IMG/VR virus record: IMGVR_UViG_3300032676_000934
Coordinates: 3,388 to 67,387 of that record
Strand: one strand, 5' to 3'
DNA length: 64,000 nt
DNA from: a virus
Both the position numbers and the translations under genes were made by a program. The notes beneath the pieces were generated by a model. The model did no database searches. It saw only the letters and a list, made by a program, of their open reading frames with translations, and was not told the DNA's origin. Below are positions 39,142-48,712 of the stretch, piece by piece (within the stretch, counting starts at the first letter, position 1; each line of letters begins with the position of its first letter).

Positions 39142-39597
39142 ATGAGCGAGAGCGCCACAGCAAAGCCCGTCCGCCTCTACGAAGTGACCGTCAGCATGTG
39201 GGGGCAGTCCTACATGCGCCCCGTGTCGGCCCGGTCGCCGGCCGCCGCCCGGTATCGCGCCTACCTCGACGCGGACCTGAGCATGCCGTTCCGCGAGTAC
39301 CTGCGGGCCGCGAGCGTGCGCTTGTCGGCTGGGTCACCGGCTGACGACGGCTACGGCTACATCCGCCGGGCCTATAAGGTCGACCCACGCATCGGCCAGC
39401 GCGTCACCCTCAGGAACGAGGGCAAGGACTGGGAAGGTCGCGAAGGCGAGATCGTCTACCCGGGTGCGTCCCGGCAGTACGTCCATGTGATGTTTGACGA
39501 CCTTGATAACCCTGTCGTCGTGCATCCGCTCAGCATCGTGTTCCCGTCTCCTTCCACCCCGGTGATCGGCGAAGGAGAACAACAGAGCGCGTCCTAA
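39142..39597 (+). CDS. Hypothetical protein
   Basis: Likely start MSESATA; SH3-like C-terminus. Confidence 0.55.
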   Translation: MSESATAKPVRLYEVTVSMWGQSYMRPVSARSPAAARYRAYLDADLSMPFREYLRAASVRLSAGSPADDGYGYIRRAYKVDPRIGQRVTLRNEGKDWEGREGEIVYPGASRQYVHVMFDDLDNPVVVHPLSIVFPSPSTPVIGEGEQQSAS

Positions 39598-39623
39598 CGG
39601 ACCGAGCTTTCGTCCTTCGGAGA

Positions 39624-40133
39624 GTGACCATGGATGAACAATGGCGTGAGATACCTGGCTATGAAGGTCTATACGAAGCCTCAGACGCCGGTCGTATCCG
39701 GAATAGCAAATCCGGTCTCATCCTGAAACCATACGCACGCGGCCTGTACCTTTGTGTGAGCTTGTTTGGCCCTTCAGGGCGGAAAACCCCTGAGGTCCAC
39801 CCGATCATTCTGAAGACGTTCGTGGGGCCGAGACCTTCGGGATTGGTGGCGGCCCACCTCGATGGGAAAGGCACGAACAACTGCCTTTCGAATTTGGCTT
39901 GGGTCACTCCGGCAGAAAATGAAGCCCATAAGCTGATACATGGCACTCACAACAGAGGCAGGAGATCGCCTCACGCTAAGTTTACGGATGAACAGGTCGC
40001 AATAATCCGAGAGATCTGTGCGCTTGGCGTTTCTGCCAACAAATTAAGCATTCTACTTGGCGTCTATGTATCTACAATAGCCGACATTGTCGGCGGCGAA
40101 ACTTACCAGCCCGATCAAGCCCTTCGGTCTTGA
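39624..40133 (+). CDS. NUMOD4-HNH homing endonuclease
   Basis: W.EIPGYEGLYEASD.GRIR; HLDG...NN.LSNL.W.T..EN. Confidence 0.88.
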   Translation: MTMDEQWREIPGYEGLYEASDAGRIRNSKSGLILKPYARGLYLCVSLFGPSGRKTPEVHPIILKTFVGPRPSGLVAAHLDGKGTNNCLSNLAWVTPAENEAHKLIHGTHNRGRRSPHAKFTDEQVAIIREICALGVSANKLSILLGVYVSTIADIVGGETYQPDQALRS

Positions 40134-40174
40134 CCTATCGGCTTCAATCTCTCGCGCACCAACGGAGAAGTCTT

Positions 40175-40621
40175 ATGGATATTTTTGGCGCCTTTGCTCG
40201 CGGTGAGGCCGCACGGCGCGCGGGCAGCAGAATGATGGTCTTTGATTGGGACAAGGCCGCCCGGATCATCAAGGAACGGGGCGCAACGGAGGCCAGTGCC
40301 GGGCTATCTGAGGATTGGGAATATACTGGCGGTGAAATTCTGAGCGACGGCAAGCCCGTCCCAAAAGAGGATACATACGTCTATCTCGCCAGTTTGTGGG
40401 CTACGCCTGAGCTGGATATCGATGGCGATCTCATTGATTGCTGGAAGTACCAAGAGGAAACCCCGGGCTGGGACGAGAACACTTACTGGCCGCAGTCCGC
40501 GCTTGAACTTGCCTTTGAGAGCGGTGAGGGCCGCGCCAAGGATGGAAGCGGCGAAGCCGGCGCGACCGCAGGGCGCGATCCGAAGGACGACAGCCTGATC
40601 GCCGAAGGCGAGGCGCCATGA
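40175..40621 (+). CDS. Conserved phage hypothetical protein
   Basis: VFDWDKAA.II...AGL.EDW..TGG...YLAS.WATP. Confidence 0.65.
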   Translation: MDIFGAFARGEAARRAGSRMMVFDWDKAARIIKERGATEASAGLSEDWEYTGGEILSDGKPVPKEDTYVYLASLWATPELDIDGDLIDCWKYQEETPGWDENTYWPQSALELAFESGEGRAKDGSGEAGATAGRDPKDDSLIAEGEAP

Positions 40622-40711
40622 ACATCTCCCTCCCTTTCTATCCAGAGGGGCGCGGAGCAGAGCGCCTTACCGAGAAGTCCCATCCCTTCAGAGAGACCGG
40701 AGAATAGGGCC

Positions 40712-41179
40712 ATGTTGAACATCCCGAACCTCGACAAGCTCATCGCGCATCTGGAGGCGCAGCCGCCGGAGCGGATCAATATGGCTTTCTGGACCACGGA
40801 GCGGACTGGCTGTGGTTGTTACATTGCCCATGGGCGTGAGGTTTTTCCATACGAGGGGATTGAGGCAATCGGGTTGCCGACCCGGCTTTACGAAAAGCTC
40901 TTTAATCCGCCTGGCCACTACGACGAACGATACGGCGTCAAGCGCTACCCCGCCCACCGCGTCATCGCCACCCTCAAGCGCCTCTGCGACCACTACCTTG
41001 CCACGGGCGAGGTCGTCGTCGACTGGGGACCTGAGCCGACCGCTGGCGAGCCCTGGGCCGCTCCGCAGGCGATTGAGCTGACGCCGCCGGCTCTTCCTGC
41101 CGAGATCACCCGGCTTCTCTCCGCTCCGTCCGACACGACAGAAAGCGCAGGGGTTGCGGGGGAGGCGGTCAATGGGTGA
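40712..41179 (+). CDS. Hypothetical protein
   Basis: 155 aa coupled ORF. Confidence 0.5.
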   Translation: MLNIPNLDKLIAHLEAQPPERINMAFWTTERTGCGCYIAHGREVFPYEGIEAIGLPTRLYEKLFNPPGHYDERYGVKRYPAHRVIATLKRLCDHYLATGEVVVDWGPEPTAGEPWAAPQAIELTPPALPAEITRLLSAPSDTTESAGVAGEAVNG

Positions 41180-41408
41180 GGCCCGCCGGAAGACGATCTT
41201 CGTCGCCGAGATCAACGCCACCGAACTGACCCTTCGGATCGCTGAGATCGCCATCGGCCTCAAGCGCCCGCCCGGTCGGGACGCCGCTCAGTGCCTCGCC
41301 GACCTGCGAGCCGAGCAGCCGCAGTTCTGCGCGACCTTCGACCGGATGGCCCAGGCAGCCGCCGAGTACGTAACCGAGTGCATTCGAAGCGGGAGCCGTC
41401 CGTCATGA
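41172..41408 (+). CDS. Hypothetical protein
   Basis: Likely start MGEARRK. Confidence 0.5.
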   Translation: MGEARRKTIFVAEINATELTLRIAEIAIGLKRPPGRDAAQCLADLRAEQPQFCATFDRMAQAAAEYVTECIRSGSRPS

Positions 41409-42856
41409 CCACCATTCCGTCCGGTGAAGCGTTCACGAAGGTCCTGCGCGACGTCTACGGGCAGGGCTGGGACCACGCTGTCAAAGAAGGTTCCGCATCA
41501 GAGCAGGAGTATCAAGACAAGCGCGACGCCTGGATCCGCCAGTACCTCGCGCGGATGCCCGTGGCTGTCCCGGCTCAATCCACACATCGAGACTCGATGC
41601 CCTACTCGCTACAGGCTGGCGAGGGCGGAACATTCCTTAATTCTGAGGCCGGGCAACTGTTCATCTGCGCCGATGTCGACACCGTGCGTCGGTGTCTTGC
41701 TGCGATCGCCGCTGCACCCGTCTCCTCAAGCGGGGATGGGGATGGTGGTGAACTGGAACGGCTGAGTGCCAAGGCCACGAGCGGCGAGTGGTCTGCCGAG
41801 GAAGCGGGTCAGATCACAGCCTCCGGCACATCGCCCGGCCACGACACCCCCGTCTGGGGCACGATCCTGACAGCCCGCGACACGAAGGACATTGAGGACG
41901 GCGTTACGCACTGGGCAACCGATGGCGAACGGCAGGCCAACGCTCGGTACGTCGCGGCCTTGGTCAACGCTCACCGTTCCGGGAAGCTCGTTCTCGCCCC
42001 TGGGTCAGGGGAGGAGAAGTCTAGCGCGACCCTAAAGGGTCAGGCCACTCAGCAGAGCCCGAGCCAACAAGTTGTCTCGGCCCTTACGGGTGAGTGTCCT
42101 TCGCGCGACGAGGTGGATTTCGATGAGCTGAACCGGCTTTTCGCACTGATGCCGGAAGGCCCGTGGCACACGCTTCGGACCGGCGGCGGTCATGAGATCC
42201 GCCAGATCGATACCGATCCGACGAACAAGCATCATTGGCCATTCCGACTTTGTCAGAGCATCGCAGGCCAGCGAGCGGCGTGCGACGATGCCGTGTTTGC
42301 CTTCATCGCTGGCGTCCTGAACGCTTGGCCAAGCATCTCGGCCGCCAACTCGGATGACGCTTTCATTGAGCGCACGCTGGCGATGCCGGAGGATGAGCTT
42401 CGCAAGCGCTTCCTAGTCGATGGTAAGTGCCCTGAACAGGCGGCAGATATCGCCCGGCAGTCCTTCAAGATCGCCGTGCTGAAGATGGCCCTGATCCAGA
42501 TCAGAGATCAGTATATTGCCAATCGCGGCGGCATGACCGATGCAGAAGCACTGGAAGCAATCGGGAAGATCGCCGACAAAGCGTTAGCGGGAGAAGCGGC
42601 GCAAGCCGCCGAGACCGAAGGGCTCGGTCCGAAGGACGATCACGCGGCCGACTTGTCGGCAACGCCCGAACCCTCCCCCCAGTCTTCTCCCACCCTCAAG
42701 ACCGGAGCCATGACGGTCGAGGAGGCGGATCCTTGGAAGACGCTTCGGAAGATCGCCGAGCTTCGCTTCGCCGAGGACGCCTGCGAGCCGTTCGATGAGG
42801 CGCTTGACCTCGCAGACGCCGCGCTCCGCACCCTTCAGGGGGAGGCGGCAGAATGA
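41405..42856 (+). CDS. Mosaic multi-module protein (Ead/Ea22-like segments)
   Basis: Likely start MTTIPSG; two EL.RL....G.W...NA-type modules. Confidence 0.55.
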   Translation: MTTIPSGEAFTKVLRDVYGQGWDHAVKEGSASEQEYQDKRDAWIRQYLARMPVAVPAQSTHRDSMPYSLQAGEGGTFLNSEAGQLFICADVDTVRRCLAAIAAAPVSSSGDGDGGELERLSAKATSGEWSAEEAGQITASGTSPGHDTPVWGTILTARDTKDIEDGVTHWATDGERQANARYVAALVNAHRSGKLVLAPGSGEEKSSATLKGQATQQSPSQQVVSALTGECPSRDEVDFDELNRLFALMPEGPWHTLRTGGGHEIRQIDTDPTNKHHWPFRLCQSIAGQRAACDDAVFAFIAGVLNAWPSISAANSDDAFIERTLAMPEDELRKRFLVDGKCPEQAADIARQSFKIAVLKMALIQIRDQYIANRGGMTDAEALEAIGKIADKALAGEAAQAAETEGLGPKDDHAADLSATPEPSPQSSPTLKTGAMTVEEADPWKTLRKIAELRFAEDACEPFDEALDLADAALRTLQGEAAE

Positions 42857-43088
42857 GCATCCCCGCGGCTCTTTCAATCGCCTGTGCGGTCAGCGCCGTC
42901 GCCGTTCCGGCCGTTCTCGCAATCCATGCTTGGACGACCCGGACTGGTGAGAGCCGACTGGCTCGCGCCATAGATTTCGTCGTGCCAGCCTTAATGCTGA
43001 TGCCTCTCGGTTCCTTCGTCGGGTTCATGCTGCCGATCGCCATGTACAGCCTCGGGCGCGCCATTCTCACCATGCTGGAGGCATCACT

Positions 43089-43577
43089 ATGACCTCCTCC
43101 GCACCCCGCCGGACCGCCGACAACGCCCGCTTCGGGGAAGAGGCCGAGGTCCCTGAGAACGAGACCGCGAAAAAGATCCGGCACGAGATCGCCGTCGCAG
43201 GCCTGTGCGGCTTCGACAGCCTGGATCAGATCCGCGGGCTGCTGAGCGATGCCGCCAACGAGGTCGAGAAGCTGGCCCAGGAAGCCGCCCAACTCCGCTC
43301 CCGTCTCCTTGAGGCTGAGAAGGGCGCCGAGGCGATGCGATGGCAGAGGACTGGCACGAGCACTCAGCCAATCGGGAACGGTCGCGGTGAGAACCAGTGG
43401 TTCCGTTCAGCGGACGGCAGCATCCGCATGTTCCCGATGGGCTTCGATCCGAACTCGGGCACCTACGGCCGGGTCATCATGCACCGCGGGTTCACCGTCT
43501 ACCTATGCCCAGGCGAGACGTTCATTCCGGCGCCTGATCCTCTTGCGCAGAGCCCCGAGGAGTCCGGCGATGCGTGA
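43089..43577 (+). CDS. Hypothetical coiled-coil protein
   Basis: 162 aa coupled ORF. Confidence 0.5.
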   Translation: MTSSAPRRTADNARFGEEAEVPENETAKKIRHEIAVAGLCGFDSLDQIRGLLSDAANEVEKLAQEAAQLRSRLLEAEKGAEAMRWQRTGTSTQPIGNGRGENQWFRSADGSIRMFPMGFDPNSGTYGRVIMHRGFTVYLCPGETFIPAPDPLAQSPEESGDA

Positions 43578-43935
43578 ACAAGCTTGGCTCGGCTTGATGG
43601 TGCTGCTGGGGTGTGAACTGCCGCCGGAGGCCATGGCCATCGCTCTCGCCATGCCACGCGTCTCTGAGCGGATCTTCCCGTTCAATACGGACGCGGTGTC
43701 GGCCTCGTTCACCCGAGCGTGCGCATTCCTCGGCATTGAGGATCTCCACTTCCATGACCTCAGACATGGAGGGATCACACGCCTTTTCGAGATGGGGCGC
43801 ACACTGCCTCTCGTCGCATCCGTCAGTGGCCACCGCTCCTGGCAAAGCCTCAAGCGCTACACCCACCTCAATCACAAGGGCGACCGGTTCGCCGGCTGGC
43901 CTTGGCTGAAGGTCGTTACCGAACCAGAGGCTTAA
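43570..43935 (+). pseudogene. Tyrosine integrase C-terminal remnant
   Basis: LHFHDLRH...SGHRSW..LKRY (box II and catalytic Tyr) only; no N-terminal domains or first catalytic Arg. Confidence 0.8.
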
Positions 43936-44310
43936 TCACTCCGGCTCCTCTCCGGGGTCGCTAGCGATGGCATCGTAAGCCTGCCCGCCGATCCGATCGG
44001 CAATGTCATCGTCGGCGATGCCTTCGACCTTCACCTCCAGCGTTATCCGGCCGCCTTCAGCGCGAGCCATCGTAAGGGCTTCGTAGAGCTTGTTGGCCGC
44101 GTCTCGCATGTCCTGAACGGCAGCAGGGTCGGCAGGCGTGTCTAGCCCAGGCGGCCGAAGGGTGCGTTCAAGGCGCGCCACGATTTCCGCGTTCATGCTG
44201 CGCTTGTTCGCCTTCGCCGCCTCGGCGAGCAAATCCCGCATGCCGTCAGGCAGCCGGACGAGGAACTTGTCGGCCTGTTCGCTTGGGTACTCGGATCGAG
44301 GTTTACGCAT
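43936..44310 (-). CDS. Arc/Mnt-family repressor
   Basis: [15 protein letters not shown]...[13 protein letters not shown]. Confidence 0.85.
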   Translation of the reverse strand: MRKPRSEYPSEQADKFLVRLPDGMRDLLAEAAKANKRSMNAEIVARLERTLRPPGLDTPADPAAVQDMRDAANKLYEALTMARAEGGRITLEVKVEGIADDDIADRIGGQAYDAIASDPGEEPE

Positions 44311-44319
44311 GAGGGCGCG

Positions 44320-44393
44320 CCATAGCACGTCGCTATGGAGCTTGACACGGCGGCGAGTCGATATGTAGAACTCCATAGCGGCTTGCTATGGAG
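44320..44393. promoter_or_regulatory. Divergent promoter with two palindromic operators
   Basis: CCATAGC-N5-GCTATGG at 44320-44338 and 44373-44391; TTGACA at 44342. Confidence 0.75.
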
Positions 44394-44398
44394 AGAAC

Positions 44399-44650
44399 AT
44401 GCCTCGCCCACGCTATCCCAGCGATGATGTCGACAAGCTGATGCTGCGGTTCCCGGCAGGGCTTCGCCCCCGGCTTGAACAGCGGGCGAAAGCAAACCTG
44501 CGATCGATGAATAGCGAGGTCGTCATGATCCTCGCGACGGCACTCGGAGCCGAAAGCAAGGAGACGACGACGGGGGTGCAGTTTGGCGACCCATCCCCCG
44601 CCGCCGCGCACGAAGCCGCCCGCAAGGGCGATCCCGTCACCCACGGCTAG
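44399..44650 (+). CDS. Arc-family regulator
   Basis: DKLMLRFPAGLR..L...A..N.RSMNSEVV. Confidence 0.85.
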   Translation: MPRPRYPSDDVDKLMLRFPAGLRPRLEQRAKANLRSMNSEVVMILATALGAESKETTTGVQFGDPSPAAAHEAARKGDPVTHG

Positions 44651-44659
44651 GAGCCGCAG

Positions 44660-45409
44660 ATGAGCAACGATAGCACGAACGGCAGCCTGACGCCCTTCAA
44701 TTTCGAGGGCGCGCCGGTTCGCGTCGTCCAGATTGACGGCGAACCTTACCTCGTCGGCAAGGATGTGGCCGAGCGCCTGGGTTACGCAGACGCAACGACA
44801 GCGATCCGGTCGCACTGCCGTGGGGTGCAAAAGCTGCACCCCATCCCCGATAGCCTTGGCCGCGTTCAGGAAGTTCGCGTTCTCTCCGAACCTGATGTGC
44901 TTCGGCTGATCGTCAAGAGCAACCTGCCGGCCGCCGAGCGCTTTGAACGCTGGGTCTTTGAGGAGGTTCTGCCGACGATCCGGAAGACCGGACGGTATGG
45001 CGCGGCCGATCCGATGGCCGCCTTGAATGACGCGGCATCGCTGCGCACCCTGCTTCTCGCCTCCGCGGAGCGCGAACTGACGCTTCAGGCAAAGATCGAG
45101 GCCGACAAGCCCAAGACCGGCTTCTTCGATCGCTTCATGAACGCGGACGGCCTTTTCGGCCTCCAGAATGCCGGCCGGATCTTGATTGAGCCGCCCAACA
45201 AGTTCGTCGGCTGGCTGAAGCAGCAGTTCCTCTTCTACCAAGGCGGGTCGCTCGTCCCCCGCGCGCAGTACCGCACAATGGGGATCTTTGAGGTCAAGGC
45301 GACGGTCGTAGACGACAAGGCCCGCTATCAGACCTACGTCACGCCGAAGGGCCTTCAGTACCTCGCCAAGAAGCTCGGCAAGAGCATCCCCGGACTGGAG
45401 GAGGCATGA
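44660..45409 (+). CDS. ant: Antirepressor (Bro-N plus KilAC)
   Basis: F.FEG..VRVV..DGEP...GKDVA..LGY; FERWVFEEVLPTIRKTG.Y; QTYVTPKG. Confidence 0.88.
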   Translation: MSNDSTNGSLTPFNFEGAPVRVVQIDGEPYLVGKDVAERLGYADATTAIRSHCRGVQKLHPIPDSLGRVQEVRVLSEPDVLRLIVKSNLPAAERFERWVFEEVLPTIRKTGRYGAADPMAALNDAASLRTLLLASAERELTLQAKIEADKPKTGFFDRFMNADGLFGLQNAGRILIEPPNKFVGWLKQQFLFYQGGSLVPRAQYRTMGIFEVKATVVDDKARYQTYVTPKGLQYLAKKLGKSIPGLEEA

Positions 45410-45651
45410 TGTCGGCGTTCATCGTGGACGTGAACGACCGCGGCGAGGATGCCGAGGGCAACGACTACAACTACCGCGTCCAGCCGCACGTGATCGCGGC
45501 CGGGCTGATGGTCGAGTTGCCGGTCCTGATCCGCTTCCCCGACGGCCGGCTTCAGGAGGCCATGCAGCCGCGGATCACACAGAAAGGGCTCGCGCACATG
45601 CGGGCCGAACTGGACGCCGAGAAGGCCGGTCACAAGCCCGGTCGCGCCTAA
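45406..45651 (+). CDS. Short KilAC-like protein
   Basis: QPRITQKGL resembles the antirepressor C-terminus. Confidence 0.45.
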   Translation: MMSAFIVDVNDRGEDAEGNDYNYRVQPHVIAAGLMVELPVLIRFPDGRLQEAMQPRITQKGLAHMRAELDAEKAGHKPGRA

Positions 45652-45678
45652 CCCCTCCCCACAGATAGGAGAGAAGCG

Positions 45679-45975
45679 ATGCCGAAAGTCACCGACCCGC
45701 AGCAGTCCGCGCTAGTGAAGCTCAAGGCTCACGGCGGCGAAGGCGTCCTCGACAAGCACGGAAAGATCGTAGCCAGCGGCGTCCGGCTGCTCGGCTTCGA
45801 TCCGGTAACGTGGCTGCGTCTGCTCACGACCGGCCACTTGGAGGTGCGCGGCGACCTTCGCGTCGGCCTCACAAAGAAAGGCGAGGCAGCTGCCATCGCC
45901 ACGCCGCTCAAGGTCAACCCGCACGGCATCCATAGCCGACGCGAGCCGACCCCCGCTCACCCCGGAGCAGAGTGA
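45679..45975 (+). CDS. Hypothetical protein (cassette 1)
   Basis: ATG supplied by repeat 1. Confidence 0.6.
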   Translation: MPKVTDPQQSALVKLKAHGGEGVLDKHGKIVASGVRLLGFDPVTWLRLLTTGHLEVRGDLRVGLTKKGEAAAIATPLKVNPHGIHSRREPTPAHPGAE

Positions 45976-46226
45976 TGACCGACGAGATTTCGCAGATGGA
46001 CGAGGACAACGCTTGGCGAAAAGACGGCGAGCGCCACGGCTGGACTCTCCCGCCGAAGGCCGCTTGGCCGCTGCGTCTACCGATCGTCCGCGCCGTCCGC
46101 GCCGCGTGGCTGGACTACCAGGTCCACAAGGCCGCATCGGAGTGGGCGTCTATGGGCATCGGCGTCGGTGGCCCCAATCAGCGCGATCTCTGGATCCTGT
46201 ACGCCGTCGCTCGCGGGTGGTGCTGA
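45972..46226 (+). CDS. Hypothetical protein
   Basis: Coupled ORF. Confidence 0.5.
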   Translation: MMTDEISQMDEDNAWRKDGERHGWTLPPKAAWPLRLPIVRAVRAAWLDYQVHKAASEWASMGIGVGGPNQRDLWILYAVARGWC

Positions 46227-46382
46227 TGAGCGCTTTGCTCGCCATTCTTACCGCGGTCGGCATCCTCGCGAACGTCGTCGGCGCGCTGTGCATCATCGTG
46301 CCGTGCGTCGCGTGGCTCGGCTTCATGGCCTGGGCTTTGACTGACCCCGCCTAACCCCTCCCCCACAGATAGGAGAGAAGCG

Positions 46383-46568
46383 ATGGAAGACGTGGATCTT
46401 GGCCTCAAGCTGCTGGCCTACTGCCGCAATCACATCAAGGAGCAGGCCATCACCTGCCCGGAAACCGTCTACCAGAGCGACCGGGTTGTGGAGAGTTCCT
46501 ACGCCTTTGTCGAAGGCGTTTGCGACATCGTTGGGTACGCGCAAAGCGCCGATGATGACGAGGACTGA
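46383..46568 (+). CDS. Hypothetical protein (cassette 2)
   Basis: ATG from repeat 2; I.C.ETVYQSDRV...FVE.VC.IVGY. Confidence 0.6.
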   Translation: MEDVDLGLKLLAYCRNHIKEQAITCPETVYQSDRVVESSYAFVEGVCDIVGYAQSADDDED

Positions 46569-46756
46569 CCCCGCCTAGCCTTTCTGCGCAAATAGGAGAG
46601 AAGCGATGAGCGAGGAGACGCCCCGGCGGTTCAAGGGTGCTGCGCATCGCTGCGCGACTTCGCCCTTGAGCCGCCAAAGCTTACGGCCGGTAGTGGTTTT
46701 CATAGAGCCGCGGCAACACCTGAGCACCTCAGGTGCTCTAATCATGGAGCACTGAG

Positions 46757-47038
46757 ATGGATATCGGCTATCCATTAATACTGATATCTGGGATAGCAAT
46801 CGGTTGGGGCTTCACACAATTTTATTGGGAGCGCCGAGAACTACGCACAGCAAAAGCCTCTCAAGATCAGGGAGAGCGGGCATTTGAGCGATCGGCTCAG
46901 ATCGCCGAAGCCTGGAGATGCGAAGTCACAGGACCTTACGACGCCCCGCAAAATGTTCGAGAGCGCATCGAGCGCCAGAACAAGGTTGCTTGCGAGATAG
47001 CCGCTGCAATCCGGGCAGAAATTGGGGGAAGACGTTGA
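46757..47038 (+). CDS. Hypothetical membrane-anchored protein
   Basis: N-terminal hydrophobic helix; ..EIAAAIR C-terminus. Confidence 0.5.
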   Translation: MDIGYPLILISGIAIGWGFTQFYWERRELRTAKASQDQGERAFERSAQIAEAWRCEVTGPYDAPQNVRERIERQNKVACEIAAAIRAEIGGRR

Positions 47039-47039
47039 A

Positions 47040-47402
47040 ATGAAGCATGGGCACCAACCCACCGTTAGAAATCACGAACGTCCAGATCCGCCCACTACAG
47101 GAAGTGCTGTCGTGCCTCCAAAGACTTCGTGGAATTGCGCGGCACGCAAGCAAGGTACGGCCGGTGGCAATGATCCTGCTGATTGCGACTGGCCGGTCTG
47201 CGGCTGCGATCCTTACGCGGACAAGGTCATTGCCGCGCTTCAAGACGCCGGAGTCATTGTTGCCGCACCCGGCTGGAAGCTGGTTCCCGCCCGACCCACG
47301 GAAGCGATGATCAAGGCCGCGGGAAGCGAATGGGTGCTCGAACGCCTTTGGCGAGCGATGCTTGCGGCCGCGCCAAATCCTACGGGAGGCGACGCTAAGT
47401 GA
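47040..47402 (+). CDS. Hypothetical protein
   Basis: PADCDWPVCGCDP and GWKLVP..PTEAM..A modules. Confidence 0.55.
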   Translation: MKHGHQPTVRNHERPDPPTTGSAVVPPKTSWNCAARKQGTAGGNDPADCDWPVCGCDPYADKVIAALQDAGVIVAAPGWKLVPARPTEAMIKAAGSEWVLERLWRAMLAAAPNPTGGDAK

Positions 47403-47679
47403 GCGGCCCCTTGGATCAACGAACCGCCACATCCGGCGAGGCACTAACAGATGGGATGATAGGGGTCGGGACAGCGGTGCCTCCTGAAAATGGACTGATC
47501 GAATTTTCGTGTGCGAGCCGCACGAGAATTTTCGAACCTTGACGGTGCGGAATACGCAGATCGCTTGCTTTCGGCCTTGAGAACGCGATGTCGGCGGCGT
47601 TGCCCGAACCGCGCCCAGCCGCCTTCGGACCTAAAATGGGGCATTCCGCCTCGATTTTAGGTTCAGGTGAGACAGCGCA

Positions 47680-48705
47680 ATGTACTATGTCGGCCTCGAC
47701 CTCGGTCTCAAGAAGACCGCCGTGTGTATCGTTGACGAAGACGATAAAATTATTCGCAGGGGCGATATTGATAGTGAGCCAGAAGCCATCGCGCTCTGGC
47801 TGTACGAGCAGAAGCTGACCTACAAACGCGTCGGCCTGGAGTCGGGCATGATGCATGAGTATATTTATTTCGGCCTCGTGAAGGCCGGGTATCCGGCCAT
47901 CGTCATCAACTCGGCCGACTCGCGGAACTTCCTCAAGAACAAGATCAACAAGACGGATAAGTCTGACGCGCATGGCATCGCCCGCATGATGCGGATGAAG
48001 CACTACCGCGAGGTCTACGTGAAGACGGAGGAGAGCAGGCGCCAGAGGGCGCTGCTCGCATCGCGCAAGTTGGCCATCGCCAAGATGCGGGACACTGAGA
48101 CCCACATCCGCGGGATCATTCGTCACTTCGGGTTCAAGCTTGGCAAGGTCACGAGAAAGCAGTTCGAACCTCGCGTCCGTGAACTCATCGAGCATGATGC
48201 CATGCTAATGGCGACCGTAGAGCCGATGCTGGCCTTGGCTCGGGCGGCGCGGGAACAGGCGAACACCCTGACCCGGCAGGTGTTGGCCATCGTCAGAGCC
48301 TGTCCCGTCTGTCAGATCCTGATCACGTGCCCTGGGGTCGGTCCCATTGTGGCGCTGATGTTCAAGACCACCATTGACCTGCCGACCCGGTTCCGGAACG
48401 CCAAGGCAGTCGGTGCGGCAGTGGGATTGACCCCGCGACGGTGGGAGTCAGGCGACACGAAGCGCATGGGCCGGATCTCCAAAATTGGAGACGAAGAGCT
48501 TCGCACCAGCCTATTTGAAGGCGCCCAGGCGTTCCTGGCGATGAACAAGAGGCCGTGCTGGCTGCACACTTGGGCGCAGGAACTGAAGGAGAAGAAGGGG
48601 CACTACAAGGCGGTCATTGCGCTTGCCCGCAAGATCGCGATGGTCCTATACATTCTGTGGATCGAGATGCGGCCGTTCCGTTGGGACGATCAGCCCGTAG
48701 CTTGA
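47680..48705 (+). CDS. IS110-family DEDD recombinase/transposase
   Basis: GLD, VGLESG, KTDKSDA (DEDD); PGVG, GLTPRRWESG (catalytic Ser), GRISKIG; intact 341 aa. Confidence 0.95.
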   Translation: MYYVGLDLGLKKTAVCIVDEDDKIIRRGDIDSEPEAIALWLYEQKLTYKRVGLESGMMHEYIYFGLVKAGYPAIVINSADSRNFLKNKINKTDKSDAHGIARMMRMKHYREVYVKTEESRRQRALLASRKLAIAKMRDTETHIRGIIRHFGFKLGKVTRKQFEPRVRELIEHDAMLMATVEPMLALARAAREQANTLTRQVLAIVRACPVCQILITCPGVGPIVALMFKTTIDLPTRFRNAKAVGAAVGLTPRRWESGDTKRMGRISKIGDEELRTSLFEGAQAFLAMNKRPCWLHTWAQELKEKKGHYKAVIALARKIAMVLYILWIEMRPFRWDDQPVA

Positions 48706-48712
48706 TCACGAG

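Larger units (their letters stand above)
45645..46608 (+). repeat. Three direct repeats joining gene ends to RBS and ATG
   Basis: CGCCTA..CC...ATAGGAGAGAAGCGATG at 45645-45681, 46339-46385 and 46563-46608. Confidence 0.85.

Noticed and set aside
43249-43935. 228-aa ORF as a complete integrase
   Set aside because: The N-terminal part overlaps another gene out of frame and lacks integrase motifs; only the C-terminal box is real.
45645-46385. Cassette repeats as targets of the IS110 RNA
   Set aside because: Only short matches (CTAAC and ACAGAT, separated by a C-rich tract); the contiguous guide match is absent.
45645-46608. CRISPR array interpretation of the three repeats
   Set aside because: Spacers are whole genes of very unequal length and there are no cas genes.
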